This document shows positions 53,679-54,939 of a stretch of 54,939 nt of DNA, piece by piece. Made by a program: the position numbers and the translations under genes. The stretch is from a virus. Each line of letters starts with the position of its first letter. The stretch's first letter is position 1. The stretch is from UHGV virus genome UHGV-0223582. One strand, written 5' to 3'. The notes beneath the pieces were generated by a model. It worked only from the letters and a program-made list of their open reading frames with translations. It was not told the DNA's origin and searched no databases.

Positions 53679-53712
53679 GGCACTTGGCACTATGGCACTT
53701 GGCACTGTCAGC
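53679..53712 (-). promoter_or_regulatory. paired AGTGCCAAGTGCC element, copy 3 (major tail leader)
   Basis: GCTGAC-AGTGCCAAGTGCC-AT-AGTGCCAAGTGCC just upstream of the RBS. Confidence 0.75.
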
Positions 53713-53716
53713 CCAC

Positions 53717-54121
53717 TCAATTTGTATAGATTCTATACTCTTTATCGACAACGGCTTGATACCGTGCGACAATACGGTAAATGGTGGCATCATTCAAATT
53801 TGCCACCGGGTTCATCAAAATACGTGTAAAGTTCAGTTTGGAAAACTCTTCATCCACAGTTTGCAGCAGCTCTTTCGCTTCCATTTTTCCATACCCGACT
53901 TTGTTGCTGTAAATATTTACTTCATACAGAACCGTTGCTGCATTCTCGATGTTTCTGGTACGCATTTTCTGCAGCACAGTATTGGAAGCCTCTGCAATGG
54001 TCACAGATGGGAACTTCGCCGGTGAGTCCGTATACTCTCCTGTGACATACGCACCGTAGCGCTCTCGAAGGACCGTGGCGATTCTTGAAAAGATAAAGCT
54101 CTCAATATCAATCGTCGTCAA
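53717..54121 (-). CDS. tail terminator/completion protein
   Basis: PAKFPSVTI.E..N...YEVNIYSNK...IYRIVARY. Confidence 0.75.
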   Translation of the reverse strand: MTTIDIESFIFSRIATVLRERYGAYVTGEYTDSPAKFPSVTIAEASNTVLQKMRTRNIENAATVLYEVNIYSNKVGYGKMEAKELLQTVDEEFSKLNFTRILMNPVANLNDATIYRIVARYQAVVDKEYRIYTN

Positions 54122-54596
54122 TCACCTCTTTTGCAACATACGGTATGCTCTCCCGTAGAATTTGCGCAGTGTCATACATATATGGGCGGCTTGGCATGCC
54201 CTTTGTCCAATGCCATTCTCCGTCATCCCCAAGATACCACCAACCGGATTCCCCGTGGTTGTTGACATCGTACTTCCACCCAGCAAGGCCGGGATTCGGA
54301 TGCTGGCTTCCCTTTCCCATGACTCCAGTTCCAAATTCTACGAAAGCGCTGTGCGGAGCCGTAGCGGCAATTTCGCCGGTCTTTCCAAATGTTCTCCCTA
54401 CAATCCCATTGACCAGCGCACCGGAATCATAGGCATTCATGTACATAGCAAATTCCTTCGCCTGCTCTGTACCGGATTCTGTCAGAGTTTGCACAATCGT
54501 TTCATCCGCATCGGAAACCTTTTTCCGATATCCCTCTAACCGGTCAAGAGCTTTGGACAGGGAATCCGCGCTTAGATCGATCTTGATTTGCAACAA
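54108..54596 (-). CDS. HK97 gp10-like tail component
   Basis: AFVEFGTG...WHWTKGMPSRPYMY. Confidence 0.8.
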   Translation of the reverse strand: MLQIKIDLSADSLSKALDRLEGYRKKVSDADETIVQTLTESGTEQAKEFAMYMNAYDSGALVNGIVGRTFGKTGEIAATAPHSAFVEFGTGVMGKGSQHPNPGLAGWKYDVNNHGESGWWYLGDDGEWHWTKGMPSRPYMYDTAQILRESIPYVAKEVIDDD

Positions 54597-54939
54597 AACT
54601 CACCGCTTTCATTGCCTGCTGCTGCTCTTTTTCATAGGTGCTGACGTCAACTTCCTGTATGGCAAATTGAAGGGAGTTTTTCCACGCAGCTCGTTTCTTG
54701 ACGCGGTAGTTATACGCACCTTCCGGATCTGCTCCGTCTATCCACAAGACCGAGTTTTCATTGATCTCGCACCCTGTGTCCGCAGTAGTCATCGTTCGGT
54801 CATAATCTGTTTGCGTGCCAAACTGGTTTACTTCGGAACTCCCTTTATTGGGAGAAACACAAAGGTAAGCTTTCTTTTGTGAAGTATAAAGCGGGACAAA
54901 ATTTCCTGTTACATTCCCGTACTGATCCTCAATCTCTAC
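54544..54939 (-). CDS. head-closure protein, C-terminal part (N-terminus at 57..1)
   Basis: frame open from 54939; FGTQTDYDRTM...CEINENSVLWID...YNYRVKK. Confidence 0.8.
   Translation of the reverse strand, partial: VEIEDQYGNVTGNFVPLYTSQKKAYLCVSPNKGSSEVNQFGTQTDYDRTMTTADTGCEINENSVLWIDGADPEGAYNYRVKKRAAWKNSLQFAIQEVDVSTYEKEQQQAMKAVSFVANQDRSKRGFPVQSS

Noticed and set aside
1..54939. Genome-wide UGA recoding (code 4 or 25) suggested by the UCA tRNA
   Set aside because: Core genes are intact in code 11 and many end in TGA with ATGA coupling to the next gene

Overview
This 54.9-kb window looks like a complete, circularly permuted genome of a temperate long-tailed phage. The host is probably a gut Clostridia/Oscillospiraceae-type Firmicute, which is an inference from gene content, sigma-A promoters and a Firmicutes-type SOS box. 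Two observations support circularity: the gene broken at the window ends rejoins in frame (57..1 + 54939..54544), and an intact attP (3' half of tRNA-Val(GAC) with arm repeats on both sides) lies next to the integrase. Most genes are on the minus strand. The modules are lysogeny (integrase, CI, Cro), replication/recombination (ERF, NinB-like, SSB, initiator, helicase, RusA), packaging (TerS and TerL, separated by a resolvase/HNH island), SPP1-like portal with lambda-E-type capsid, tail, lysis, and an uncharacterised cargo cassette. The most unusual content is non-coding and may form a layered late-gene control system. (1) Two near-identical late promoters each carry an NrdR-box-like site exactly in the -35/-10 spacer, with phased flanking copies. 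(2) Each promoter drives a cluster of tRNA-like RNAs, including a head-to-tail array of acceptor-stem/NCCA-ended RNAs and a tRNA-Gly-type tRNA with a UCA (opal-reading) anticodon. (3) A tail-fibre gene can start only at ATC or by reading through a UGA. (4) A small Zn-finger gene co-occurs with a paired AGTGCCAAGTGCC element placed before the portal, major tail and tape-measure genes. (5) There are -1 frameshift signals in the capsid and tail-chaperone genes, triple AGAGAA-loop hairpins before the scaffold gene, and a 23-bp inverted repeat bracketing the moron in the tail operon. All calls come from reading the sequence and recognising motifs; no database searches or folding programs were run.
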